64,000 bases of DNA from an uncultured Candidatus Rokubacteria bacterium (GTDB lineage Bacteria; Methylomirabilota; Methylomirabilia; Rokubacteriales; CSP1-6), in NCBI GenBank assembly GCA_963789955.1, contig CAWBMV010000034.1, forward strand, positions 192,001 to 256,000. The letters are read 5' to 3'. How positions within the stretch are numbered: position 1 is the first letter of the stretch; every line of letters starts with the position of its first letter. Below are positions 1 through 25,200 of the stretch, in pieces. A program made the position numbers and the translations under genes. The notes under the pieces are model-generated. The model did not search any database, was not told where the DNA came from, and saw only the letters and a program-made list of their open reading frames with translations.

Positions 1-3000
1 GTGAGCGCAGGAGCACCCTCGTCCGGCCGTCTGAGACGGCCGCTCACGTGACGCACCCACGCGGCCGCCGAGTGCGGGCCGCGGGCGCTGTCGGCGGGTC
101 TCGTGTACACGGCAAACGTTCCGTGGTCCTCCGTGGACATCGAGATGACGACCTGGCTTCTCAGCGCGCCCGCGTTGATCAGCAGTGGCACTTCGTACGC
201 GACGTCCGTCAGCACGCAGGGCCTGTCGCCGAACAGCTCGCTGGCGGCTGCGACGACCATCTCCGTGTACGCCGCGGCTGGAAACACGACGGCGCCCTGG
301 ATGCGGTGATCGTCGAGATACGGCAGGCGAGTGCGATCGAGTACCCCCTCCCAGACGTGTGTGGCGTCGAGTGACGCGACCTCGAGTCGACGGCCCAGCA
401 GTGGGTGGCCGCCGACGCCGTGTCCTTCCCCCGGCCGGGCCGCTGGCTCATCGTCCGGCGCGAGCCAAAACGGCTCTCGCTGGAACGGGTAGGTCGGCAG
501 CGATATCCGTCTCCGGGGCCGATCCTCCCGGTGGACGCCCGCCCAGTCGACGTCGACTCCGCCGACGTAGGCGGCCGCAAGGCCATCGAGCATCTGCTGA
601 GCGTCATCGCGTCCGGGCCGGAGCGACGCCACCCAGGCCCCGGCGAAGTCGGGCACGGATTGCCGCCCGATGCCGAGCAAGGTCGTGGCGGGACCGATCT
701 CGATGAACATCGAGGCGCTCTGGGTTTGCAGCGTTCGCATCACCGCGGCGAATCGGACGGGCTCCCTGACGTGCCGACGCCAGTACTGAGCTCGCGTCAG
801 CTCCATCCCGGCGAGGCGTCCATCGATATCGGAGACGACGGTGATGCGCGGCGCCGCGAATTGGACCTGTGCAGCCACGCGCTCGAAGTCGTCCAGCATC
901 GGCTCCATGAGCGGCGAGTGGAAGGCGTGCGAGACGGTCAGCTGCCTGGATTCGGATTCCAGCCGCCTGCAGAGCCTCGTCGCCGATCCCACCGCGTCGT
1001 GCGGTCCCCGAGATGACGACGTGCTCGGGGCCGTTGACGGCCGCGATCGACAGGTGATCGCTCACGGCCGACCACGTCGGCCGACGCGGTCCTCGTCGGC
1101 GAACACGGCCGCCATCGCGCCGCCGCGGGCAGCGCCTGCATCAGCCGACCGCGCGCCGCGATCAGGCGCAGGCCGTCCTCGACGGCTGAAGACGCCGGCG
1201 ACGCAGGCGGCGACGTACTCGCCGACGCTGTGGCCCAGCGACCAGCGCCGGCTCGACGCCCCACGAGCGCCACAGCTCGGCCAGCGCGTACTCGAGGGCG
1301 AACAGAGCCGGCTGCGCGTACGTCGGTCTCGTCGAGAGTCGAGGACTGTGCCCGGCTCCGGGAACAGGACCGACAGCAGCGGCACCGGCAGCGTGCCGCG
1401 CAGGATCTCGTCGCACTGATCGAGCGCGTTCCGGAACGTCGGGCTGCGTCTCGTAGAGGCGCCGCCCCATGCCCTCGTACTGGGAGCCCTGGCCGGTGAA
1501 GAGGAAGGCGACCTTGAGGCGCGCCGCTCGCCAGCGCGCCCGACGCGCAGACCGGGCACCGTACCGCCGTCGCGCGAAGGCGGCCAGCGCTCGCCGGCCT
1601 GGTGCCGGTGGACGCGACACGGCCAGCCGGTGACGCGAAGTGCGAGCGACCCGACGCTCGCGGTGAAGCAGACGTCGGCGAGGGCGTCGTCCGGGTTCGG
1701 CGTCCAGGTGGCGCTCCGTACGGCGTGCAAGCTCTCGCAGCGCGCGGCTCGGTCCGAGCGGACACCGGGAGCAGTGCAGCGGCCGCTCGGTCCGCGCTCG
1801 GGGCGATCGCCGCCGGCTCGGGCGGCTCTTCCACGACGACGTGCGCATTCGTCCCGCTGAAGCCGAAGGAGCTGACCCCCGCCAGCCGCGGTCCGCGTGC
1901 CGGCGGCCAGGGCATGCGGCCGGTCGGGACGAGCACCGGGCAGCTCGTCGGCGGCCACGTGCGGGTTCGGCGTGTTGAAGTGGAGGTGCGGCGGAATCTC
2001 GCCGTGCTGCAGCGCCAGGACGACCTTGATCAGGCCGGCGATGCCCGCCGCGGCCTCGAGGTGCCCGATGTTGGTCTTGACCGAGCCGACGGACCAGGCG
2101 CTCGGCGTCCCCACGGTCGCGGCCGAGTGCGCCCCGAGGGCCGCCAGCTCGATCGGGATCGCCCAGCGCCGTGCCCGTGCCGTGCGCCTCCACGTAGTCC
2201 ATCTGGTGCGGCTCGACCGCGGCGTTCGCGAGCGCGTCGCGGATGAGCGTCTTGCTGCGCCGGTCCGTTGGGCACCGTCAGGCCGCCGCTGCGGCCGTCC
2301 TGATTGACCGCCGAGCCCCGGATCAGCGCCAGGACGCTGTCACCGTCGCGCGTCGCGTCGGACAGGCGCTTCAGCACCACGACGCCGCAGCCTTCCCCGC
2401 GGCCGTAGCCGTCGGCGGCGGCGTCGAAGGTTTTGCACCGGCCGTCGGGGGCAATCGCGCGCAGCCTGCGACAGGTAGATCGACACGTCCGGCGCCAGCA
2501 TCAGATTGACGCCGCCGGCGAGCGCGAGATCGCACTCGCCAGTGCGCAGGCTCTGACAGGCCAGATGCACGGCCACCAGCGACGACGAGCAGGCGGTGTC
2601 GACCGCCAGGCTGGGACCGTGCGAGCCCCAGAACGTACGAGAGCCGGCCGGCGGCGACGCAGAGGCCCCCTCCGGTCCCGATGTAGGCGTCGATGCGCGT
2701 CCGGTCGCCGCCCTTGAGCTGAAGCTGCGCGTAGTCGTGCTTCCGATGCCGATGAAGACGCCGGTGCGGGTGCCGACGAGCCGGTCGGCGGCGATGGCCG
2801 GCGTGCTCGAGCGCTTCCCAGGCGACCTCCAGCAGCAGGCGCTGCTGCGGGTCCAGGGTGATCGCCTCTCGCGGCGAGATGCCGAAGAACTGCGCGTCGA
2901 AGCCGCGGACGTCCTTCAGGAAGCCGCCGTAGCGGGTGTACATCTTGCCCGGTACCTCGGGGTCCGGATCGTAGTAGGCATCGACGTCCCAGCGGTCGGC

Positions 3001-3231
3001 CGGAATCTCGGTGACCGTGTCGACGCCGTCGTGCAGCACCGCCAGAAGGCCTCGGGGTCGTCGGCGCCCCGGGAATCGACAGCCCATGCCGATGACCGCG
3101 ATGGGCTCGGAATGCGCGCGCTCGCTCGCTTCCAGCCGTCCCTGCATCTGACCGAGCGCCGTCAGCGCCTGGCTCAAAAGCGCTCGGCGATCTTTGCTGT
3201 TCGCGTCCGGGGTCGCGAGGGGCTCGCTCAT
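1..3231 (-). CDS. Type I PKS module 5 (docking helix-KS-AT-DH...), truncated at window edge, several apparent frameshifts
   Basis: Start MSEPLATPD...[14 protein letters not shown] at 3231. KS motifs [15 protein letters not shown] and [14 protein letters not shown] motifs GHSVG and VSHAFHS (~915-935). LPTYPFQRE linker, then DH motifs HPLLG and [14 protein letters not shown] (~280-410). Reconstructed across frames. Confidence 0.9.
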
Positions 3232-6200
3232 CCGATCTGCCTCAGCTTCTCGGCCAGCATCGACGTCAGCTCGTCTTCCGATGAGATTCGACATGTCGGC
3301 CGCGGCCCCGCTCGTGTCCTCAGGCCCCGTCGGGGTGACCGGCGACGCAGTCGGAGCGAGCCGGAGGATCTGCAGGGCGAGGTACGTCGTCAGCGATTCC
3401 ACCGTCGGGTAGTCGAAGACGAGCGTCGACGGCAACGACCGCTTCATGACGGCCTGCAGGCGATTTTTCAGCTCCACGGCGGTGAGCGAGTCCATGCCGA
3501 TCTCGAAGAACCGCTGCTGCAGACCCAGCGCGAAGCCGGCGTCAAACCCGAGCACGCGAATCACGTGCTCCGTGACCAGCGCCGTGACCAGGGCCCGCCC
3601 ATCGGCGGCCGTGGCGCCCTCGAGCCGTCGGTGGAAGTCCGAGTCCTGCGTGGTGGATCGAACCGACTCGGCGCGGAGCCGGTCCTCGCGCACGAGGTCA
3701 CTGAACATCCGCGGCTCGCGTCCCGAGGCGAAGCTGGCCACGTAGCGTGACCACTCGGCGGGCAGGACGCCGACCTGCGTCACGTCTTGTTGAAGCAGGT
3801 CGCCGAGCACGTCGAGGGCATCGGCCACCGCCATAGTTCCGAAGCCCCCCGCGGTCCACTGGCTCTGTCGCACGGCGCCTACGGCCTCGGCCATCCCGAC
3901 CTGGTGCCATGGTCCCCAGTCGATGCTGAGCGCCGGGAGTCCGGCTCTCCGGCGTTGATGCGCGAGGGCATCGAGGAAGACGTTCGCGGCGGTGTAGTTG
4001 GCGAGTCCGACGGGCCCCATGAAGGAGGCGGCCGACGAGAACAAGACGAAGAAGTCGAGCGGCATCCCGCGGGTGAGACGGTGCAGTTCCAGGCGCCGTT
4101 GAGCTTGGGCTTGAGCACCCGGGCGAATCGGTCCCAGTCGTGGCGCAGAAGCACGCGGTCGTCGAAGATGCCTGCCGCGTGGATGATGCCGCGGATCGGC
4201 GGCATAGAGGCCGCGATGTCAGCGAGGACCCTGACGAGATCAGGTTCGCTTGCGACGTCGGCCTGCTCGATGAGGAACCGGGTCCCGAGCCGTTCGATTT
4301 CATGCAGTGCGACGCGCGCAGCGTCCGTCGGCGCGCGACGTGCCAGGAGAGCGAGGTGGCGAGCACCACGCTCAGCCATCCACCGCGCGACCTGGAGTCC
4401 CATGCCACCCACTCCGCCGGTCAGCAGATACGTCGCATCGTCGCGGAAGCTCGCTGGCTCACGTGCCGGCTGGTACGGTCGCAAACGGGCCAGGCGGGCG
4501 ACGTGACGAACGTGCTGCCGGAGAGCGACCTGATCCTCGTGGTCTGCGCCGAGCAGCTCCGCGATCAATGCTTCGATCTCGTCGCGGGTCGGCATCGGGT
4601 CGAGGTCGACGAGTCCACCCCAGATCTCTGGGTGCTCCATGGCCGCGACGCGCCCGAGACCCCACAGCGGCGATTGGGACAGCTCGAGATGGCCGTCGGC
4701 CGGCCCTATCGCCTGAGCCCCGCGGGTCACGAGCCAGAGCCGTGGGCGCACATGGCCCGTCCCCTTCGCCAACGCCTGCACGGCAAAGAGGGCGCTTCGA
4801 GTAGTCCGCGTCGCCGCCGCTTCGAGCTCGGCTGTGGGCGTGTGCTCGGTCGAAGCGGCGTCGAGGCCGAGCAGATGCACGACCCCGTGTAGCGCATCGC
4901 GACCGCCGTGAGTCGCCGACTGGATCAGCCGCTCGAGGCCCTCGAGCGAGGCCAGGTCGGCCTCGTTCCCGGCCCGCACGACGACGGAGGAGTGCCCCCT
5001 CGCCGCCAGCGCATCCCTCAGGCGCTCGCCGACACCACCGCGGTCGGCCAGGATCAGCCACGCGCCCCCCGGCGCCGGTGTCGCCGCGCTCACGGTCGCC
5101 GGCGCGTCGGGGTTGCGCGCCATGACGATGGCCTGCCGAGCGAGCCCCGTCTTCCGTCTTCGGCATCGCCAATCGCCGCGGGACCCACGAACTCCGCGTC
5201 CGCGAGCAGGCCCAGCCACTTCGACGTCGAGAGCAAGGGGTGCGCGGGTCGCCGGGCGTGATCGCTGAACTTCCACCAGCCCGCCGTGAGTCCGTACGTG
5301 AGATCGACCCACCGCTGGGATGCCGTGCCCTCGAGCAGGACGAGGAGACCTCCGGGCGCCATGATCTGCCGAACGTGGGCGATCGTCCGTTCGAGATCGG
5401 CCGTGGCGTGCAGGACGTTTGCCGCGAGGACGATATCGAATCGCCGACCGTCGAAACCTTGCTGGGCCGGATCGACCTCGATATCGAGCATCTCGTATCG
5501 CACGAAGGGATAGCGGGCGTACTTGTCGCGGGCCCGGGCCAGGAAGAGCTGCGAGATGTCGGAGAAGACGTACTCCGCCTGGTGTGATGCCAGGGCCGGC
5601 AACACGGCTGTGGTGGTGCCCCCCGTCCCGGCGCCGATCTCCAGGATGCGAACGGGACAGTTCGCGGGAACCTCGGTGAGCGCGGCCGTGAAGGCCGAGT
5701 GGACCAGGCTGTTGTAGGCGAGCGCGGGCGGAGAATCCTGTGCCAGCCGTTCGGCCACGGTCGTTGACCCGTCGGGGAACAGCAGCTGGAGCGGATCGCA
5801 CACGCCGGCGAGGACATCGGCGAGGCGCTCACCGCATCGACTGACGAGGGTCAGCTCGGCGTCATAGGAGGGAAACCGTTCCCGAAGCGCGGCCGCGTGC
5901 TCGTCGGGTGACGGCCCGTCACCGTGTTTCGCCACGACCCATTCGACGCCGCTTCGCCTCAGCACGCCGTCGTGCTCGAGCATGTCGACGATGCGCCGAA
6001 GCACGCGGGGCAGATGGCCGCGCCCCGAGAACGTCGGCTCGTCCAGCGTGACGCGCGCGCCCACCGTCCAGTCGCGGATGAGGCGCTGCATTGCGTGCAG
6101 CGCATACCTGGTGGCCAAGGCGTCGAGCTCGCGCACCAGCTCTCCGTAGTCGTCGAGGCCGAATCGTGATCGTAGCTCGGGGACCCCCGGCTCGACGCGG

Positions 6201-9200
6201 GCGGCGATCGCCGTCGGTTCGGCGAGGCGTCGTGAGGCCCAGGTCTCCTCTCCGGTGTGCTCCTGCGCTCGCCACTCCACGCGGTAGAGCCAGTCCCCGA
6301 AGCGGCGACGGTCTCCGAAGGCGATGTCGGCGGAGGCGCGCCGGAGTCTCACTCCTTCGAGCTCGACCACCATGCGCCCGGCCTGGTCGAGGAGATGCAG
6401 ATCGGCTGTCAGCATGTCGGCCGGAGAGCCCGTGCCGGGCCGGAGCGTCGCATGGGCCCAGACCTCCGTGCATCCGGCGGTGAGGACGCGAAGGCGCTCG
6501 ACGCCGATCATGAGGAAGGGCACTTGATCTCCATCGGTCAGGAGACCATGCAGGCCGGCACCCAGAGTCTGGAACCCCGCGTCGAGCACCGCGGGGTGCA
6601 GCGCGTAAGCGCCCGCGCCGGCGACGAGCGACTCGGCGAGGACGACATGGCTGAGCGCCTCGCCGTCACGCCGCCAGAGTTGGCGCACGCCCTGGAAGCC
6701 CGGACCAAAATCGATGCCGTGGGCGCGGAGATTTGCGTAGTAGTCCGCCACGGGTATCTCGTCCGCACAACGGGCCCGGACAAGGTCGAGGTCAGTGGCC
6801 GTGTCGCCGACCGCTCGCGAGCTCACGCGGCGAGCGCGGCCGCTGGCGTGCATGGTCCATGTCGGCTCGCCCGCCGACCCGTCGGTCAGACCGTGGAGCT
6901 CGAACGAAACGGTGTTCGCGTCCTCGCGTCGGCCGATCCACTGCACGGTCCGCTCTTCGTTGTCCCGCAACTCGAGCGGAGCCAGGACCGTCACGTCGGA
7001 CAACTCCACCGCGTCCTCCCCCAGCGTCGCGGCGCTCCCGGCGCGAGCCATCTCGAGGTACCACGGTCCCGGCACGATGACCCGGCCCTGGATGCGGTGA
7101 TCCTTGAGGAACGCGTGCGTTTCCAGCCCGAGCTGCGTCTCGAACACAGCATCGGCCGCCGCGGTCGAAACTCGGCGCCCGATGACCGGATGATCTGGAC
7201 GCTCGTCGCGCCGCGCGGGCACCAGGTCCTGCGTTAGCTGCGTTGACGGCCAGTACCGCTGCCGCTGGAAGGGGTAGTACGGCAGCGGGACGCGTCGACG
7301 CGAATACGCGGCGTCGAAGCCGCCCCAGTCGATCAGCGCGCCGGCCGTATAGAGGACGGCGAGGCTGCGGAGCAGCTCTGTCCAATCGTTGCGCCCGCGC
7401 CGGATCGAAGGCAACCACCGCGCGACAGAGTCCGGCAGGCACTGGCGCGCCATATCTGAAAGGACTGGGCTTGGGCCAACCTCCACGAAAAGTCGAAGGC
7501 CGGGGCGATCCATCGTGCGCACGGTGGTCTCGAAGCGCACGGGTGCGCGCGCGTGCCGACGCCAGTACGACGCGCACGCGATCTCGGCCGGTTCCACGAA
7601 GCCGCCGGTGATATTCGAGATGATGGCGAGACGCGGTGGCGCATAGTCGATTTCGTTCGCCACGCGCTCGAATTCATCGAGCATCGGGTCCATCAACGGC
7701 GAGTGGAAGGCATGCGACACCGTGAGCTCCCGGCTGCCCACTCCCTCGGCCCTCAGCACACCGACGATCGCCTGGACGGCATCGCGGCGCCCGGAGATCA
7801 CGACGTTGGTGGGACCGTTGACGGCGGCCAGCGAAACGTCGTCCTCGTGACCCGCGATCGCGCGGGCCACCCGCGCTTCGGGGGCGAAGGCGACGACCAT
7901 CGCGCCGTTGCGCGGGAGGGCCTGCATGAGTCGGCCGCGCGCCGCAACGAGCTTGATCGCGTCCTCGAGCCCGAACACGCCGGCCACGCACGCGGCGGCG
8001 TACTCTCCGACGCTGTGCCCTGCCACCACGGTGGGCGTGACTCCCCACGACCGCCAGAGCTCGGCGAGCGCGTACTCGATGGCGAAGAGGGCCGGCTGAG
8101 TGTACGAGGTCTCGTCGATCAACGACGTAGCGCCAACCTCGGGATAGATCGTCGCCAGCAGCGGGCGATCGACATACCGGCGCGCGATCGCGTCGCAGCG
8201 GTCCAGCGCAGCCCGGAACGTCGGGTGCGTGTCGTACAGCAGCCGCGCCATGCCCGCGTACTGCGAGCCCTGACCGGTGAACAGGAATGCGACCTCCGGG
8301 GGATCCGCGACGGTGAGCGATCCCCTCGCGGCGCCCGCCGGCGTCTGGCCCGCAGCGACCGCCGCGAGATCGGCGGCCAAGGTCGCCGCGCTGTCGCCCA
8401 CGAGAGTCAGACGCTCGGCGAAATGCTGCCGCCCGGAATTGGCGGTGAAGCAGATGTTCGCAAGCGCGTCCGGCGACGCGTCGGCGACGATCGGGTGATA
8501 GAGAGCAGCGAGCTTGCGCAGGGCTTCCTGGTTCTTCGCCGACAGCGCGAGCAGATGGCAGGGACGGTCGGCGCCTGACGGCGTCGCCGGTGCCGCCGCC
8601 GGTGGACCCTCGACGACGGCATGCGCGTTCGTCCCGCTGAACCCGAACGAGCTCACGCCGGCGAGTCGGGGCCGGCCCTCGGCCGGCCACGGGGTGAGTT
8701 CAGTCACGACCCGGAGCGGCAGCTCGTTCCACTCGATGTGAGGATTCAGTGTGTGGACGTGCAGTGTCGCGGGAATGGCCTCGTGCTCTAGGGCCAGCAC
8801 GACCTTCAACAGCCCCGCCAGTGCCCGCGGTCGCTTCCAGGTGTCCGAGGTTCGTCTTCACCGAGCCGATGAGCAGAGGCGCGGACGGTCGCCGCCCTTC
8901 GCTGAACACCGCGCCGAGCGCTCGCACCTCGATCGGATCGCCGAGAGCCGTCCCGGTCCCATGAGCCTCGATGTAGTCGACGTCGCGAGGCTGCAGCGCG
9001 CGCGCGGGCGAGCGCGTGCCGGATGACCGCCTTCCTGAGCAGGGCCGTTCGGTGCCGTCAGTCCGCTGCTGCGGCCGTCCTGGTTGACGGCGGTGCCGCG
9101 GATGACGGCGTGGATCGCGATCACCGTCGGCGAGGGCGTCGGCCAGTTTCTTCAGTACGATCACCGCGCAGCCCTCCGCCCGTACAAAGCCGTTCGGCGG

Positions 9201-9993
9201 AGGCGTCGAAGGCCTTGCAGCGGCCGTCCGGCGCCATCATGTGCGCCTTGGAGAGCGCGATGGTGGAATCGGCCGAGAGCATGACGTTGACCGCCGCCCG
9301 CCAGAGCGACGCGGCAGTCTCCGGTGAGCAGGCTCTGGCAGGCGAGGTGGACCGCGACCAGCGACGACGAGCATGCTGTGTCGAGCGAAACGCTGGGGCC
9401 CTGCAGCCCGAGCAGGTATGACAGGCGCCCCGACGCGACGCTGTGCGAGTTCCCGGTGGCCAGATAGGCGTCGATCGCGCCGCGACCCTGCCGCAGGAGC
9501 ATGTTGAAGTAGTCGCTGTTGCACAGCGCCGATGAAGACGCCGGTCGCGCTCCCGGCGAGCGCGTCCGGCGGCTTGCCGGCGTCCTCCAGCGCCTCCCAG
9601 GCCACCTCCAGCAGCAGGCGCTGCTGGGGGTCCATGCTCACCGCCTCGCGCGGGGCGATGCCGAAGAATTGCGCGTCGAAGTGGTCGACGTCGGCGAAGG
9701 AAGCCGCCCCACCGCGTCGACATCTTGCCCGGCGCGTCGGGATCCGGATCGTAGAGCGCGTCGACGTCCCAGCGGTCCGTCGGAGCCTCGGTGATGGCGT
9801 CCCCGCCGTCGCGAAGCAGGTCCCAGAACTGAGCGGGCGTATCGGCGCCCGGGAATCGGCAGGCCATCCCGACGATCGCGATGGGCTCCGCGGCGGCCTG
9901 CTCGGCGGCATCGAGCCTGGCCTTCAAGTCCATCGCCAGCAGAGCTAGGCGCTCTGGGGATAGCCTGGTGATCCGCTCGGCGAAATCGGTCAT
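3228..9993 (-). CDS. Type I PKS module 4: KS-AT(malonyl-type)-DH-cMT-KR-ACP; apparent frameshifts
   Basis: Start [20 protein letters not shown] (9993). [34 protein letters not shown] and [10 protein letters not shown]; c[12 protein letters not shown] and [23 protein letters not shown] and NYTAAN; ACP GMDSL. TGA at 3228 overlaps the next ATG. Confidence 0.92.
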
Positions 9994-10000
9994 GGTGCGA

Positions 10001-22235
<12,235 letters not shown>

Positions 22236-22239
<4 letters not shown>

Positions 22240-25200
22240 TGCCGCTCGCGACGTCGCTAGAGCTCGTCCAGAGCTCGTCGATCAGCCAGGTCGTCGGCTT
22301 CATCGTCGGCATCGCTTCCAGCTCGCCGCCGGCATCGCGGCGATCGGCGCGGACGCCGCCGACGCTCGCGCCCGCCTCCGTCGAGCGGCAGCACGTCGCC
22401 AGCAGGTAGTCGGCGAGCGCCTGGAGGGTCGGGTAGTCGAAGAGCAGGGTGGCCGGCAAGCTCCGCTCGAGCCGAGCTGCCTTGCCGAGCGCGTTGCGCA
22501 GCTCCACCGCCATGCAGGGAGTCGAGACCGAGCTCATCGAGGACGGCTGCGGCTCGATCCACGGTGGCGGCGTCGAGCCCGAGGCCTCTGGCGATCTGCT
22601 CTCGCACCTCTCCGAGCACGATCGCGCCGGCGATGTCCGGCGGGAACGCCTCGGCAGACGATCTCGCAGGTCGTGGCGGGAGGCCGCGTCGCGGGCGTCT
22701 GCGCGCAGCTCGACCTCCCGCGCACGGACGCGCCAGATCGGACAGGCGTCGAGGAACGCCGCGCCGGACAGGCCACCGATATACCGGCGGCCAGTCGATC
22801 GGGAAGACGCCGACCTGGCGGCGGGGCCTGCATCATCAGGCGCTGCCAGCGCTTCCAGACCAGCTACGCGGCGGGATCGGTCGACATGCCGCGGGCCTCG
22901 AGACGCGCGATCACGTCGCGGTCGGCGGCGGCGCCGATTTCGCCCCACGGTCCCCAGTTGATGCTGAGCGCCGGGCAGCCCCTGCGCAGCGCGGTCGTGC
23001 GCGAGCGCGTCGAGGAACGCGTTGGCCGCCGGCGTGATTCGCCTGTCCCGGCGAGCCCAGGAGCGAGGCGACGGAAGAGAAGAGCACGAAGAAGTCGAGC
23101 GGCAGCAGCGCGCGTTCGCTCGTGCAGCAGCCAGGCTCCGTCCACCTTGGGCCCGAAGACCGTCGCGAAACGCTCCCAGGCTTGCTGGAGCAGGACACCA
23201 TCGTCCAGGACTCCGGCGCCGTGGATGATGCCGCGCAGCGCTGGGCCCGAGGCGTCGATGTCGCGCAGGATTTTCTCGACGTCGGCCGCGCGCGAGACAT
23301 CTCCCTGAACTACCGTGATGCGCGCACCGTCGGCCTCGAGCGCACGCAGCATCGCGCGGACGGCGTCGGTGGCCGGTCGCCGGCCCACGAGCGTGAGGTG
23401 CCGCGCACCCCGCTCCACCATCCACGCCGCGAGGCGCACGCCGAGCCCGCCGAGGCCGCCCGTCAGAAGATAGGACGCGTCGGCGCGGAACCGCAGGCCG
23501 TCGGCCGCCGCGGGGGCGACAGGAGGCTGGCTCACCACGATCTTGCCGATGTGACGGCCGTGCGCCATGTACTGGAACGCGCTCGCAGCCCGATCCATGG
23601 CGAACGTCCGGAACGGCAGGGGCGCGAGGCGCCCGGCCCGGACCTCGTCCATCAGGCTGGCGAGCATGGAGCCGATGAGGGCCGGTTCCTCGCGCGCGGC
23701 TTCGCCGATGTCGATCGCGAAGTACGCTCGGCCTTCGCCGAGCCTCGCGCGTTCGTGGTCGGAAAGCACAGCGGCCTTGCCGATCTCGAGGAAGCGGCCG
23801 CCGTCGGCGAGTACAGAAAGACTGGCCGCGGCCATTTCGCCCGCCAGAGAGTTGAGGACGACGTCAACGCCTCGACCACCCGTGCGGCTCATCACCTCGC
23901 CGGCGAAGTCGGTGGACCGGGAGCTCATCACGTGCCGGACGCCGATCGACTCCAGATAGCGACGCTTCTCCGGCGTTCCCGCGGTCGCGAAGATCTCGGC
24001 ACCGCGCTGGCGGGCGATCTGCACCGCGGCCAGACCGACGCCGCCGGCGGCGGAATGGATGAGCACGGTCTCGCGGGCGCGCAGCCGACCCAGGTGGACC
24101 AGGGCGTAGTTCGCGGTCAAGAAGGCCACCGGCACGGTCACCGCAGCCTCGAATCGAAGCGCGGCAGGCTTGGCGACGACGAGCTCCGCCCGCGTCGTTG
24201 CGTAGCGCGCGAAGCTCGTTGGTACGAGGCCGACGACCTCGTCGCCGCGCCGCAACGTGGTCACGCCGGCGCCGACGCTCGCGACGACACCAGCGCCCTC
24301 GCTGCCGAGCGGACCCGCATCACCAGGGTAGAGGCCGAGCGCGTTCAGCACGTCTTTGAAGTTCAGACCGGTCGCGCGCAGTTCGATCTCCACCTCGCCG
24401 GGTCCGGGGGCGCGGCGGGTCCCTGAGCGGCGGACCAGCGTGTCGAGGGCGCCGCGCTCGCCGATCTCCAGATGGAAAGGCATCGCGGCCTCGGTGGCGT
24501 CGCGCCGTGCGAGCAAAAGCTGCGGACGGCGCACCAGTCGAGCGACGTGCCGGCGGCCGCTCCGGAAGCCGACGCGATCGTCCAGGCCGTCGAGACGGAT
24601 GGTGTGGTGCAGGCGCTCGATCTCGTCGGGAGCCGCCTCCGGATCGAGGTCGATGCACGTACATCTGAGCTCCGGATGCTCCTGCGCGATGACGTTCCCG
24701 ATGCCCCAGAGCGGCGCCTGGGCGCTTGTGAGCTCACCGGGCTCGACCGGCTGCGCGCCGCGAGTCACGACCCACAGCCGCACCGGCCCACCGGGTGTCG
24801 CCTTCGCGAGAGCCTGGACCAGGCTGACGAGGCTGCCGCAGGCGCGTCGCTCGAAGGCCTGGAGCTGGTCCAGGGTCATCGTGTCGGCGGGCGGCATCTC
24901 GAGCGCGGCCAGGTGGACCACATGGCGGCAGGGCGGCAGCCGCCAATCGCCGACCGGGGCCGAGCTCACGACCACCGCGTGGTCGCCCGCGGAGCGAACG
25001 CGGTCGGCGAGTCGCGTCGCCTCGGCGTCCGCTCCGACGATGAGCCAGGTCTCGGCGGTCGAGGCCGGCACGGCGGAGGGCGCGCGGCCGAAGATCACCG
25101 TCTGCCATCCATCGCCCTCGCCGTGCTCGGGCTCGGGCACCGCGCCTGCGTCGACGAACCCGAGCTCGCTGAGCAGCGCGAGCCATCGCGGCCGCGAAAG

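Noticed and set aside
2371..4065. ORF joining the M4 KR-ACP to the M5 KS (bimodular protein)
   Set aside because: An indel near 3285 bypasses the QIG* stop. Docking-like termini and the ATGA overlap indicate two proteins.
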